Source of the DNA: a virus
IMG/VR virus record: IMGVR_UViG_3300044846_004119
Coordinates: 1-64,000 of that record
Direction: 5' to 3' (one strand)
DNA length: 64,000 nucleotides
A program made the translations under genes and the position numbers. Under the pieces are notes generated by a model. That model ran no database searches and was not told the origin of the DNA. It saw only the letters and a list, made by a program, of their open reading frames with translations. The first letter of the stretch is position 1. Each line of letters begins with the position of its first letter. Shown here piece after piece: positions 48,365 through 61,700 of the stretch.

Positions 48365-50302
48365 ATGGCAGGACCTGAAGATAACGAACTTGGCGGTGAC
48401 TTTTTAAGTAAAGTCCAAGGAGCCCTCGAACAGAGTGTTGGTAGAATTACCGACGCTTTGGCAACTAATTTACGTGCTGGTGATATTGCGAAACAAATTC
48501 AAGAAATTGATGATAAAGCGACAACCATTGTTAAATCTTTTGGTCAAGGTCGTGAAAACATTGTTAATTTAAAGGCCGCTATGGCCGATGCGGCCTCTGA
48601 AGTTGAACGAATGGGGGGTAGTTTTGATAATATTGTCACTATCCAAAAAGACGTTGCCGAAGCATTAGGCAGAAATTTAATACTAACATCAAGTTCTTAT
48701 AAAGATTTATATGCAACTGCCGAAGTTACAGGTGAATCCGCAAAAACCCTTGTCACTAATTTTAAAGCTGCGGGTATGTCCGTATACCAAGTGGCGGGTG
48801 AAATGAATAAAGTTGTTAATGTTGCTAGAGAGTCAGGTGTTAACGCTCAGGCGGTTAGTAAAGAGGTTCTTTCAAACATGACCGCATTAAATCAATTTAA
48901 TTTTGCGGGTGGTGTTACAGGTTTGGCTAAGATGGCGGCCCAAGCGTCGTTATTAAGAGTTGATATGAATAGGACTCTTACATTGGCGGATGACTTATTT
49001 AGTCCTGATAAGGCAATTGAATTAGCGGCATCTATGCAAAGATTAGGTGTTGCAAATTCTGAATTATTAGACCCTTTACGTTTAATGGATATGGCTCAGA
49101 ATGACCCCGCTGAACTTCAAAACCAAATCTCAAAAATGAGTGAACAGTTTGTTCAATTGGGTGAGGACGGTAAGTTTGAAATTATGCCAGGTGCTAAAAG
49201 ACAATTAATGGAGGTTGAAAAGTCTTTGGGTATGAATAAAGGTGAATTAGCTAAAATGGCGTTAGCAAGTGCTGAGGTTGCGGATAAAATGCAAAAAATT
49301 AAATTCCCGTCAAGTTTTACTGAAGAAGAAAAAGGGTTAATTGCGGGTATGGCCGAAATGGGTGCTGGTGGAGAGTATAAAATTCAATTAGGTGACGAAG
49401 AATTAGGTATTAATGAAGCAATTGAAAAACTACAAAAAGACCCTGACCAAATGAAGGCTCTTAAAGAAATGGCTCAACCAAAAACTATGGAGGATTTAGC
49501 CAAAGACCAACTAACAATTTCAAAATCTATGGATAAGTCGTTAGAGTCTATTGCCAATAGAACAGGACGAGCATTGGCTGGTAGTAAAATTGCTAATCAA
49601 GCCTTAGAAGCTCCAAAACTATTATACGATGCGGGAGCTGAAGCCTTATCTGGGGATAAATTAAGTAGTAGAAATATTAGAAGTGGTTTAGGTTCAGGGG
49701 CAGAAGAAGTTTTAGGTTCAATTAACAAGATATTTAAAGGTGAAGGTTCTTTAAGTGATACTTTTAATGTGGTTAAAGATAGTATGTCAACTAGTGCCAA
49801 ATTTGTAGACGGAGCTTGGTCTCAGGCATTAGATAAGGGGGCCGCAGCGGCATCAAATTTGGCAAAAGAACAAAACATTTTTCTTGAAATGTTACAAAAT
49901 GGTAGTAAAAAATTAGGTAATGCTTTTATGACTTCCGAAAATATACCCACAACAACTGCGAAAGATATGTTAAAGTTACCTGGTCAAAATGTTGAATTTT
50001 TACCTGAAGATACCTTAGCGTCGTTCACTAAAGGTAAGGATGTTTTATCTGCGTTAATGGGTTCTAATAATAGAAACGAACCCCCAACACAAAGAATGAC
50101 CGATTCAGGGCCTGTTAATATTAATTTAAACATAACCGCACCTTCAAATATTGATACTTCTCAACTTATGTTAGCCTTTGAAAATTCAGGAGTTAAAGAA
50201 GCCATGGTTACTGCGGTTACTAAAGGTCGATATAATAATGGATTAACCGCCCCAACATCTAATCAAACACAATTGATGGAAATGGCAAGTATGAGAGTCT
50301 AA
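48365..50302 (+). CDS. Tape measure protein
   Basis: 645 aa, Ala/Gln/Met-rich helical sequence, downstream of tube and chaperone. Confidence 0.8.
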   Translation: MAGPEDNELGGDFLSKVQGALEQSVGRITDALATNLRAGDIAKQIQEIDDKATTIVKSFGQGRENIVNLKAAMADAASEVERMGGSFDNIVTIQKDVAEALGRNLILTSSSYKDLYATAEVTGESAKTLVTNFKAAGMSVYQVAGEMNKVVNVARESGVNAQAVSKEVLSNMTALNQFNFAGGVTGLAKMAAQASLLRVDMNRTLTLADDLFSPDKAIELAASMQRLGVANSELLDPLRLMDMAQNDPAELQNQISKMSEQFVQLGEDGKFEIMPGAKRQLMEVEKSLGMNKGELAKMALASAEVADKMQKIKFPSSFTEEEKGLIAGMAEMGAGGEYKIQLGDEELGINEAIEKLQKDPDQMKALKEMAQPKTMEDLAKDQLTISKSMDKSLESIANRTGRALAGSKIANQALEAPKLLYDAGAEALSGDKLSSRNIRSGLGSGAEEVLGSINKIFKGEGSLSDTFNVVKDSMSTSAKFVDGAWSQALDKGAAAASNLAKEQNIFLEMLQNGSKKLGNAFMTSENIPTTTAKDMLKLPGQNVEFLPEDTLASFTKGKDVLSALMGSNNRNEPPTQRMTDSGPVNINLNITAPSNIDTSQLMLAFENSGVKEAMVTAVTKGRYNNGLTAPTSNQTQLMEMASMRV

Positions 50303-50341
50303 AAATAAACATAATGTCTATTTATAATAAAATTATAGAAA

Positions 50342-53300
50342 ATGCCTGATAGTACATTATCGTTTGTTAACAGTTCTTCATTTAGAAATGCGTTATTAGC
50401 CACAAATTTGGAGCCATATGATGTACCTGGTGTTTACACACCACCCTCAGGACCTATTGCCTATGAAATACAACAAACAGTAAGTAATGTTATTGATTCA
50501 CCCGATGGTTTAATTGCTAATGACCCATTTGCAGCGATATTATATCCATTAAATGAATACGGACCTAATGGTGGTTTTAATACAACTATCACATACAATG
50601 GACCTCCATTACCCGTTAACCCTAATCAAGGGGAGTACAGTCCAACAGATACGGTATTAGACTTAGTTAATGAGTTTTATATCGACGCCGCATATATTGA
50701 AAACATATATGGACCTTCTGGTGGGTTTAATGATATGGTAGTTATTACGGATATCCAAAACAATAATAAAATTTATCAACCTTATTGGAATCCACCAACA
50801 TTTGTACCGTCTTCTTATACACCATATAGTATATTATTTTCAGATAACCCAAATGGAACTGACGGTTCATTATCTCAGGATTCTTATATTGCTAAAATTG
50901 GGGCGGAACAACTTAATTACTTATTCCAACAAAGAATTGCCGCTGAGATATTTCAAAATACTGTTGGTCAAGTTAACTTAGATTCTTTAAGTGACCCTTT
51001 TGAGGCTGCCTTAATTGCAACAGGACAAGAACCATTAATTTATAAAAACTATAGAATTACTGTCCCTGAAAATCCTATTGTTGCGGCGTTTGATTTGGCA
51101 ACTAGATTAGCAAGTGCTTATTGGCCTGTTTCTATGATTCCTGGTGATTACTTCACACAACAACACAAGCCAGGGTTTTTATCACAACAAACATCAAACG
51201 CTTTAAATGTTATCAATCAACTAACGGGAGGGTTTTTAGGTCCAATTCTAAACACATCTAGAAGTGCATCTGAATTATTTTTGGCCAATACGGGTAACGG
51301 TCAAAGGTCAGTTTTATTTCGTAATATTGATTATAACAGATATCAACCTGATTATAAAAATCAATATGGTGGATTATTAGGCGTTGCTCAAGGTTTGGTT
51401 AATTTAGCTGTTAATTTAATTAATCCTAATAATGGAACTTTAGTTGGTGGTTATTATGTTGGCAGTAGAAATGCGGAACCATCAACAATAACATCACCAG
51501 CAAATCAAATACCAGTTAATGTCTTTGGACAACAGGACCCTGCGCCTGTTTATGGACCTTCAGAACTTGCAATATTATATGAAGGTAATAATGAAGTGTT
51601 AAAATTTGGTCTTGCGGCAAAACCATTAAGTGATGGTGGTGGTATTGACGGACAATTTGTTTGGACTTCACCTAAATATAAAGGTAATGCTGGTTTTAAT
51701 GCAACACCTGGTGGAGGTACAGGTAGTTTAGACCCTGAGTTTAACCAAGTTAGTAGTTACTATACAAGAGATGAGTCAACTAATATAACATTCAAAGAGA
51801 CTTCAATTTTAGACCAAACTCAAAGATTAATTGAGTCTGCGGATAATGTTACGGGTATTTCTCGTTTAAAACATGTTGGTAATGCAATTAACCAAGTTAG
51901 TAAGGTATTCCATGATGGATATAAAGAAATAACTAAAGGTTCTCAAGTATTATCGTACACTGATTTTACTACGGGGGCAGAAAAAGGAATTGAGTATTGT
52001 CGTGTATTCACTAAGGACACACCTTACTACACTTACGCCGATTTACAAAAAACTGATGGTATTACTACTTCGGGTAGACGTTTTAGTAATTCTGTATTTG
52101 ATAACACATACAACTTAAACATAGCCCCACTTAAAAACCCTGGTTCAACAAATATTCAAATGAATAACCAAGGTAAATTAGTCGCTAAAAAATATATGTT
52201 TTCCATTGAGAATTTAGCTTGGAGAACTTCAAGTAGACCAGGATTTACATATGATGAATTACCTACATGTGAGAAAGGGCCTAATGGGGGTAGAGTTATG
52301 TGGTTCCCACCTTATGATTTAAAATTCTCAGACCAAAGTTCTGCGAATTGGAATTCACAATCATTTTTAGGTAGACCTGAACCAATTTACACTTATAAAG
52401 ATACAAGTAGAACAGGAACACTTTCTTGGAAAATTATTGTTGACCACCCTTCTGTTATGAATGTTATTGTTGAAAAACAATTAAAGGGTCAAAGTAAAGA
52501 AAAATTAAATTCAATCATTGATTCGTTCTTTGCGGGTTGTGTGAAGTATGATATCTATCAATTAGGACTTAAATTTAATACGATACCGACTAAGGATTTG
52601 TATACCTACCAAGAGATATTAAATAACCCTAGAATAACTAAAGAAGAGTTACAAGGTATTAATCAATCTATTCCTAAAGATAATTCGGGTGGGTTGGTGA
52701 CTAACACTGTTGCAACTCCCGCAAATAATACTAATAAGGCGGACACACCTGACAATTCAGGCGTTGAATTTGAAAACGAATTTAACGAATTATCGTTCTA
52801 TTTTTACAACGATATTCCCGACCCTAACACAAATAAAATAGTTTCGTCAGTACCTTATCAAGTAACCTATGGAAGTTATACCGCGTCATCATTCATTAGT
52901 AATTATGTAGATAAAGCCAATGCAGTATTTGCACCAAATTTAAGTTATTGTACAACAAACTCATCATATTGTGATACTAATAAAAAAGTTAAAGAGTTTT
53001 ATGATACGGTAATTATCGACAACTTTAATACAATTGACAATGCGGATAACGGTTTTATTAAAAAGGCGTTTAATTTATTAAAAGAAAAAAACGCAACAAT
53101 TAATTTAACTTTAGTTGGTTCGGCTTCAGCACCTGCCTCAGTACCATATAACATAAATCTTTCTAAAAGAAGAAATGATTCTGTTTTACAATATCTTAAA
53201 ATTAGAGGTAAAGAAATTGGGTGTGATATAACACCGTTTATTGATAGTAAAAAATTTATTTTAAATGAATCCGCTTCAGGTGAAACAGAAACTGTGGTGA

Positions 53301-55423
53301 TACCAAAATCGATATCTGGAGGTGCGGGGGCGTCGGTTAATTGTACGACTGATATTAAAAATGGTTCGGGCGTTGTTACATCTAATTCACAAATTTATTC
53401 GGTTGATGCTATGGCTTGTAGACGTGTTAAAATTGTGTCTAAAGTAGTTTTACCGCCAGGGGAAAGTAAAAAAGATACACCGGCCAGCACTACAGAAACC
53501 TCAACACAACCTAAAACTATTGACATAACAGTTAAACCTATTACCCCAAAACCAACGGTTAGCATTGAGACAAAACTTAAAGAAGGTATTGGTAAACGAA
53601 TATTAAGACAGTTACTTTCTGAATGTGATTATTTCCAAGTAATTGAGGAAAATGTTCCGATGTTATATGACTCAATAAAAGAAAAAATTAAGTATTTTAA
53701 TCCTGCGTTTCACTCTATGACACCTGAAGGATTGAATGCTCGTTTAACCTTCTTAAATCAATGTGTTAGACCTGGTGAAACAATCCCAACAATTGGTCCT
53801 GATGGTAAACCAAAATATAATGACGCTGTTAATACGTCATTTGGAGCACCACCAGTATTAATATTACGTATTGGTGACTTTTATAATACAAAAATTATTC
53901 CTAAGAGTGTTTCATTCACATATGAACCATTGTTATTTGATATGAACCCTGAGGGTATTGGTATCCAACCAATGATTGCCAATGTTACGATGAATTTTGA
54001 TTTTATTGGGGGTATGGGTCTTGCTAAACCTGTAGAACAATTACAAAACGCATTATCGTTTAACTATTATGCAAATACTGAGATTTATGATGAGAGGTCG
54101 GTATGGACTGAAGATACCTCAGCATTAGATAAAACTTTAATGGAATCCATATTACAAAGTCAACCTGTTGAAACTGTTGACAATGTTGATAACCAAATTC
54201 AAAATGATTTCGGTAATACAATAGGTGACATCGTTAATTTCAACAGAGTTGTTGGAGGTGAAACTGGTGAAATTAGTTATGGTGTTATTATGGATAAGAT
54301 GTTGTCTGAGACAACTTCATATTTTAATTCTTTATATAATCAATTGGAAAGTATTGTGTTACAAACTAATTATGGTGTGTTACAATTAGTTAATCAATAC
54401 AGAGATTATCAAGATGGTCCTTTAACGGTAGGAACTGTTAGTTACCCAACTAAGATTTATGGTAAACCGTTAATTTCAAAAACATCGGGTAATGACAAAG
54501 TTAATTTATTCCAAGAATTGTTGGATAAATGCATTGTTGACATTGAGAATGGACTTAATCCAATAATTGCTGAATTAGATACTAACAACTATCCGGATAT
54601 ACTCCCTAATGAATTTAGTGTCATAAAAACTAATATGATATCTTATTTAAAACAGGTTTATTTAACTTTACCTAATAGTACACAAAAAATTGTTACTGAT
54701 TTAACAGTTAAAGAACAAAACTATGTACAAGTAATTAGAAAATTAATTGTTGTCAATGATAAGACTGATGGTAAAAAATTAGAAAACGGAACACCATTAG
54801 TATATAGTATTAGTGGTACTTCAAAAGTTAGTGAAAGTACTAAACAATCGGACCCTTTAATTGGGGATACCTATGATGAGTTTACAACTGACTGTGGTAA
54901 AATATACAAAGCACTTAATGATTTTTTAGATGTGTTAAATGCTAAAGAAATTATCACAAACACATATGAAAATACGGGGGATTTTAAAACTGCGGACAAT
55001 TCTTTCTTTACCGATGTTTATAAGAAAGAGTTCTTCATGATGGTTGGTAGAAACTTTAGTGATAAAAATAAATTACAGGAGTTTAAAACATTTATATTAA
55101 CCGCAAACATTTCATCAAATAAAAAGTTAACGAAGAAGTTTGATGATGTTACTGATGATTTAGCTAAAGAATATAGTAAAGAAATTAAAAAAGAAGAAAA
55201 AATATTTTCAGATTTTAGAAAAAGTTCTGAATATAAAACATATATTGAAAGTCCTGATGATATTTTATATCCCGCAGGAAAAACAAGGGTTTTTGATTAT
55301 ACAACAGTACCTGACCCAGCAACAGAGGCGGCTCAAAAGAAATTATTAACTGATTTATTTACGACAGTAAACTTAGAACCTGCTAATACTACAATCTTTA
55401 CAGGTAAAATTAAATTTGATTAA
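50342..55423 (+). CDS. Large baseplate/tube-initiator protein with inserted OmpA-like domain
   Basis: Tube-like halves WFPPYDLKFSDQSSANW....FLGRPEPIYTY..TSR.G.LSW and APPVLILRIGDFY...SVSFTY...QPMIANVTMNF flank LVGSAS...YNINLSKRR.DSV..YL...RRVKI. Confidence 0.65.
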   Translation: MPDSTLSFVNSSSFRNALLATNLEPYDVPGVYTPPSGPIAYEIQQTVSNVIDSPDGLIANDPFAAILYPLNEYGPNGGFNTTITYNGPPLPVNPNQGEYSPTDTVLDLVNEFYIDAAYIENIYGPSGGFNDMVVITDIQNNNKIYQPYWNPPTFVPSSYTPYSILFSDNPNGTDGSLSQDSYIAKIGAEQLNYLFQQRIAAEIFQNTVGQVNLDSLSDPFEAALIATGQEPLIYKNYRITVPENPIVAAFDLATRLASAYWPVSMIPGDYFTQQHKPGFLSQQTSNALNVINQLTGGFLGPILNTSRSASELFLANTGNGQRSVLFRNIDYNRYQPDYKNQYGGLLGVAQGLVNLAVNLINPNNGTLVGGYYVGSRNAEPSTITSPANQIPVNVFGQQDPAPVYGPSELAILYEGNNEVLKFGLAAKPLSDGGGIDGQFVWTSPKYKGNAGFNATPGGGTGSLDPEFNQVSSYYTRDESTNITFKETSILDQTQRLIESADNVTGISRLKHVGNAINQVSKVFHDGYKEITKGSQVLSYTDFTTGAEKGIEYCRVFTKDTPYYTYADLQKTDGITTSGRRFSNSVFDNTYNLNIAPLKNPGSTNIQMNNQGKLVAKKYMFSIENLAWRTSSRPGFTYDELPTCEKGPNGGRVMWFPPYDLKFSDQSSANWNSQSFLGRPEPIYTYKDTSRTGTLSWKIIVDHPSVMNVIVEKQLKGQSKEKLNSIIDSFFAGCVKYDIYQLGLKFNTIPTKDLYTYQEILNNPRITKEELQGINQSIPKDNSGGLVTNTVATPANNTNKADTPDNSGVEFENEFNELSFYFYNDIPDPNTNKIVSSVPYQVTYGSYTASSFISNYVDKANAVFAPNLSYCTTNSSYCDTNKKVKEFYDTVIIDNFNTIDNADNGFIKKAFNLLKEKNATINLTLVGSASAPASVPYNINLSKRRNDSVLQYLKIRGKEIGCDITPFIDSKKFILNESASGETETVVIPKSISGGAGASVNCTTDIKNGSGVVTSNSQIYSVDAMACRRVKIVSKVVLPPGESKKDTPASTTETSTQPKTIDITVKPITPKPTVSIETKLKEGIGKRILRQLLSECDYFQVIEENVPMLYDSIKEKIKYFNPAFHSMTPEGLNARLTFLNQCVRPGETIPTIGPDGKPKYNDAVNTSFGAPPVLILRIGDFYNTKIIPKSVSFTYEPLLFDMNPEGIGIQPMIANVTMNFDFIGGMGLAKPVEQLQNALSFNYYANTEIYDERSVWTEDTSALDKTLMESILQSQPVETVDNVDNQIQNDFGNTIGDIVNFNRVVGGETGEISYGVIMDKMLSETTSYFNSLYNQLESIVLQTNYGVLQLVNQYRDYQDGPLTVGTVSYPTKIYGKPLISKTSGNDKVNLFQELLDKCIVDIENGLNPIIAELDTNNYPDILPNEFSVIKTNMISYLKQVYLTLPNSTQKIVTDLTVKEQNYVQVIRKLIVVNDKTDGKKLENGTPLVYSISGTSKVSESTKQSDPLIGDTYDEFTTDCGKIYKALNDFLDVLNAKEIITNTYENTGDFKTADNSFFTDVYKKEFFMMVGRNFSDKNKLQEFKTFILTANISSNKKLTKKFDDVTDDLAKEYSKEIKKEEKIFSDFRKSSEYKTYIESPDDILYPAGKTRVFDYTTVPDPATEAAQKKLLTDLFTTVNLEPANTTIFTGKIKFD

Positions 55424-55425
55424 TT

Positions 55426-55752
55426 ATGGCGTCAAAACAATATTATAATAGATATAATGACTTTATTTTAAATGGACAACAGACTGTTGTTCCTTATATT
55501 ACGTTGCCAAGTAAAAGTACCGATAAACGATACATTTATAAGGCAGGACAGTCTAGATTAGATAAAATGTCGCAACAGTATTATGGTTCACCATTCTTTG
55601 GTTGGGTAATAATGCAGGCAAATCCAATTTATGGAGGACAAGAGTGGAACATTAGTGACGGTTCTATCTTGACAATTCCATTTCCTTTAGTAGCTTCTTT
55701 ACAGGATTATAAAAATCAATTGGATAATCATTTCTTTTATTATGGTAGGTGA
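55426..55752 (+). CDS. LysM/gp53-like baseplate wedge protein
   Basis: YIYKAGQSRLDKMSQQYYGSP..GWVIMQANP...I.DG..L.IP. Confidence 0.75.
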   Translation: MASKQYYNRYNDFILNGQQTVVPYITLPSKSTDKRYIYKAGQSRLDKMSQQYYGSPFFGWVIMQANPIYGGQEWNISDGSILTIPFPLVASLQDYKNQLDNHFFYYGR

Positions 55753-58700
55753 CACAGAAAATATTTTAGTCGAATTTGACTATAACAACATAACAATCGT
55801 AGACCCAAACAAAGTTATCGATATAAATGGTAACGCGAAAGAACGATTTATTAAACAAGAAGATTTAGTTTTTTATGCTAACTTGGAGTGTAAAGTTTTA
55901 CCAAGAACTAAACTAGCCGTTGGTGTTGCAAATAACGACCAAATTCAAACAGTTTCTATTGCAACAATCAATTTCTTAAAACCTGGTGATAAGACATTTT
56001 TAGATAATAGTTATACTGACGAAATTACAGGTAAAAATAGTGTTACGGGTGAAGGGGTTAATCAACCTAAAAAAAATTCAATTAGTAATCCTAACAAACC
56101 TGCGGATTTTTTCTTAAGACAAAGTATTAATTCTGGTGGAAAACCAGGGGCGACCGATAACGGACTACTTGGTATAACATCAATTAATATTCGACAAGGA
56201 TTGGATTTTTTACCAACAATCAATGTGCAACTTGAAGACGTAAAAGGTAAAGCGTTATTTGAATCAGGAGATAATTCACCTTATGCTGCGTTCTTTAATT
56301 TACCTTACCCACTTTTCCATTTAACGATTAAAGGTTATTATGGCAAGGCAATTAAATTAGGACTTATGTTACAATCTTTTAGTTCAAGATATGACACATA
56401 TAGTGGAAATTTTAAAATTGATTTAAAGTTTTATACTTACAAATATACAATCTTAAGTGAGATTACTATGGCCGCATTGACAGCGACCCCTCACATGTAT
56501 AAATCAAGAATTAAGGTTCAAACAACACAAGGAAGTACTGATAGTAAATTTGTTAAAGTTGAGGATGGTGTTGTTGAAGGTGGGTATCAAAAAGTTAAAG
56601 AAATGTATAGTGAATATAAATCAAAAGGTATGATACCTGATGATTTTCCCGAAATCACTTTGGTTCAAATGCAAGAAAGAATTGAGAATTTTATTAAAAA
56701 TGTGTTGGATAGTTTTACTAAACAAAATTTGGACCCATTAACTAATTTAGATGTTTATCAAAAAACTCTTAATGATTATTCCGGTAATGTTTATTATTTT
56801 AATGGTTCATCATGGTTTGAAAAGTATATGGATAAGAACACTGCTTTTGTATTAACCAATGGTAATAAAGTTTACACTTTTAAACCTGAAATTAGTTTAC
56901 AAAATAGAGTTACCGCAAAGGCAGAATTAGATGGATATGTAAAAAAATATAATGAGTTATTAGATGGTAATGAAACTGTGGGAGCAAATGGTTCATATAA
57001 GATTAATAATAAAACAACTAAAATAACAATACCTAATGGTATTAAATCACCAGACACTTTTATCCCAAAACCTGAGATTACAGAAAAAGATATTGATTTA
57101 GTTCAAAGTTATCGATTAGTTAAAGGTGTAAAAACTACACCAACCGACACACAACTTGCGGCATACCAAGCCGAATTGATTAAAAATAAAGTGTTTAATA
57201 CCCCTGTTATTAAAAACGCGGACGGTAATATTGAACTAATAAAAGATTATTACATTTTTGAAGGTACAAACACATTTATTGATAATATTGATAAAATGGG
57301 TAAAAAATTAAAAGTTTTTAGAGAACAAATACAAGAAGAACTTACAAAGGCTCTTTCAGAATTGTTACAAAGTAAGGATAATGGTATTGGGTTTGTACCT
57401 AACATTAGAAATGTTCTTGCCGTTGTTTTTGCCAATGGAGAGGCGTTCTTAAGATTAATGGACGATGTTCACACGAAAGCTTGGGATAAGAGAGATTCTA
57501 CAATTAGAAAAAACTCTATCTTTAATAGTCAAACCGCTGGTGCGTCACAAGACAATTTAAGTAGTGGTAATAACAAGGAACAACCTATATATCCTTGGCC
57601 ACAAATGATTAAAGAAACCTCAGGAACAGACGGGCACGAAAAGTTTGAGATTGTTTATCCTGGTGATTCTTCAGTGATTACTCAGACAAAAGGATTTTTA
57701 GCGGATGAATGGCCTGAAGTTGAATTTGTTGAAGAATTTATTCGAGGTTATGTGGAGAGAACTTCACCTCCGTCAGATAGTACCGCATCTCCAAATGAGT
57801 TAACGGAACCTCAAAGAATTTCGGTGGACGCTATTGAATTTCCAATTAAAAATGACGTTTATGGTAATAAAGAAGAAGTTAAGTTTTTTTATGAAATATA
57901 TGAGAGAGTTTTATTAACAACCTTTTATTCAAGACTTGGTAGATGTAACGACTTTATATCTGATTCGGATAAAGTTACAACTATTATTGCTGATGCTGAG
58001 AATATTAACATACTTAAAAGTTTATCAAATGATAATCCATTTATAATTCAAAAACTTAAAGAATATGCCTATACTGGTGAAAATTTTGAGACTGTCCTTA
58101 GACATATTTCAAATGAAGGTTTGGGGGAAAGTTGGCAAAATTTTATTAGAGGTATTTTTAATACAAAATATATTAAAAACTTAGTTAATAATTCTAGTTT
58201 TGAATTTATTAATGAACAAATCCTTAAGAATAGTTTATCACAACCAATGGTTTCATTACCAAGTGAAACTCAATTTGCAGAATATATTAATGACTCAACA
58301 ACATCCAACGAATATGATTTTGCCGATACATACCCTTTTACAAATAAAAATTGGGTTAAAAAATATTTGGCAAATAGTAACACAGTGTTAGATGAAAAAT
58401 CGGCTTTTGATACAACACAAATATTAACGTACACTTCGGATAATAAAATTATTACGAATATTGCATCTTATGATTCAGGCAAAAAACCATTTACTAACTT
58501 TATTTCAGAAATAACAGTGACTCCCACAGAGTATAGTACAACTGTTGGTATGAAAGCGTTTTATGAGACAAGAAAAAACGATTATAAAAATCAATTATTT
58601 ACTGAAGGTAATTTAAAGTACAATAATTATAATGGTCTTGTAACTAGTGAACAAACAGTGTCTATGTTTAATACACCGTATTTTATTAATGCAATTCAAC

Positions 58701-61700
58701 AAGGTGTAAGTAATTTTAGAAATTTTAGTGAGACACCATATACTGAAGCCGCGTACCTTTTCTTAAATAGTTTACCATTGTCTACTCTACGAGAAAAGTA
58801 TAAAACAAAAAATGAGTCTGATGATTTAAATTATATTTTTGCAACACTGAATAAATTTGGTGGAGTACATAAAATACCATATTCTTGGGTTTTAAAATAC
58901 GGTTCAATATGGCACCGTTATAAAAAGTATGTTGAAACTGGCGTTGATATTATAGGGGTTTCTTGGGCTAATTTTGATTATCTTAATAACTATGACCCTG
59001 TTAATAGTTTACCATCAACAATGTATACATTTAGTGCTAGTACTCAAATTGGTATTGTTGATATTGTTTTAGAGAATAATGTAACAATTGGTGGGGAAGT
59101 ATCTACAACAATTAACACAGGATTTTATCCTAAATTAATTAATGATTTTAATGTCTTTTACCAAGGATTTGAAATTTTCTCGGCGTACACTAGTACCGCA
59201 ATTCAAGAAGGAATTAAATCAGGGTTTACGTTAAATTATGTTGATAAAGCCATTATTAGCAAATCAGAAGGTTTTGACACTTCAATACCTAATAGAGATT
59301 TAAGAATATTTCCTTGGACAGTATCTGTAAATACTTTAGATAATATATCTTCATTTATATTCCCATCCCAAGGTTCATTAGTTAATCAAACAAACAATGA
59401 ATGTTTTGACGCAAATACAGGAGAAATAAAATTTGAAGTTATGGGTAATAAGTCAATGTATGATGGTTCAGTTAGAACTTTTTGGACAGCACCCAATTAC
59501 GGATATTTTGATGATAGTAAAATAGTTAAGGTTAATCCGGACCAATACCTAAAAGAAATTTTTTCAGGAAAAAGTTTTCAAGAAAATTATTCATTAAATG
59601 GCGTAATTACTCAATATTCAAATATTAGTGAAATGTTTTCTGTTTTCGAAAAGGATGTTTTAGATTTATTTGAAGTTGAGTTTTTAAATTTTTCAAAATC
59701 AAAATATGATTATAGTTCGGAAGGTGTCGGTGCAAATGATTCCAATACCGCTAAATTGTTTAAGAACTTTCAAGTTTTAATGATTGAGTTGATGAAGCAA
59801 CCTAAAATAACAGGGTCAACAGGTGAAGATTATGTAAGAAATGCTCAATCTGCACAACTTACAAATATTACTAATCTATTAACTAGATTTATTAATAATG
59901 ATGTTGTATTTAAAAACGGAAATCCGTCTAACTACGATAAAAAATTATTTTATACGTTCTCAAACTATGATATTACCGACCCATATATTTTGGACAAATA
60001 CACACTATTAACGCCAAACGCAGTTCCTGTAAATGGTGGAACAACTACATTATCTTCATCAAAAAGTTTATACCCTAATGAGTGGACTACATTAGAAACT
60101 TATGTTGGTTTTTCAGAAATCCCGCAATTAGTTTATGGAAATAACGGTTCATACATTACTGACTTTTTTGTTGACTTAAACATTTCTTTTACGGTTAATA
60201 ATATAATTAATTTTTCACCAATAATTAAAATTTATGCGACTCAGAAATTAAAAGAGTCCACGATGAATAAAAAAAAATTCATTGGTTTAATGGATGAGTA
60301 TTTGAAAAAGTCTTTAGATTTTAAAAATAAAATATTTAATAATTTAATTATTAAACTACAAAAAGCTTTACCCGATGTTAATAACACAGTACAAACGACA
60401 ATTGATTCTGTTTTAGAGGGACCACAAACAAAGGTTGAATTATGGGAATCATTTAAGGCAATAAATGATAAATGGATTTCAGGTAATGATTTTAAAACTA
60501 AAACATTATTTGAGGATGTTTTATTGTTAGATAGAGCGAGTAGAAATATTGGTGATAAGATATTGGTTGATGTTTTTAAATTAAAAAACAGATTAATTAA
60601 TATAAACCCTAAAGCGACAATGCTTAGTTTTGTACAATCAATATTAGTTGAAAATAACTTTGTTGTAATGAATTTACCGTCATATGTTAATTTCTATAAT
60701 GTACAAGATGCGGTTAAAAACCCAAAACCAAAGGTTGAAGGAACATTAGAGTTTGCTAATACACTATTTGGAACTTTCATGAACGTTGATTATAGAGAAT
60801 CAAGTGCTAAAATGGTTTGTTTCTTTGGTGGTAAACCAAGTGAACAATTAGATTTAAAAAACAATGTTGATTTTAGATATAGAAATGACGCGTTTGATTT
60901 AAGAAGAGCTAGTGATAATCCGTTAGTTGAAGATTTAACTAATAAGAATGATTGGGATAAATCAAATAAAGTTGTAGGGTTTAATGTTGATATTGGACCT
61001 CAAAATCAGTCTATGTTTTATGGGTTTACTGTTTCCCAAGATGCTGGTCAAGCCACTGCAGAATCTCTTGAAGTGTTAAATCAAATGGCCAATCAAGGTG
61101 GTAATAGGGGAGGTGCAACACAAAGTAACTCATTATATAACCTATACAAAAATAGAAGTTATTCTTGTAATGTATCCATGATGGGTAATGCTATGATACA
61201 ACCAACAATGTACTTTAATTTAAGATACGTCCCAATGTTTAGTGGGCCTTATATGATTACAAGTGTTAATCATAGTATATCACCAGGTAGTTTTGAAACA
61301 ATTATTGAAGGTATTAGACAACCAACCGCATCATTACCTAAAATTGATAATTATTTACAAACATTAAAAACTAATTTATTACAATCTATTATTGAAAAGA
61401 ATAAACTTGATACTCAGAAAAAAAATGCGGAAACAAAAGTTAATAGTACTAATGTAATTGGTCAGTCAACTGAGGTTAATAACCAAGCAACACAACAAGA
61501 TAGCACCACAGCAAATGATACTATTCAGGAAACTTGTCAACCAAACTCTAAATATGCTCAATGGACACCATTAACAGGGCCGTCAATAACAACATTAAAT
61601 TATAAAAGTGTTATTGGTACTATTGTTAGTCTAACGAATGATGTTAAATTACAAAAAGTTATTTTTTCCTCAATTTATATATCGTCAAATAATAATAACA

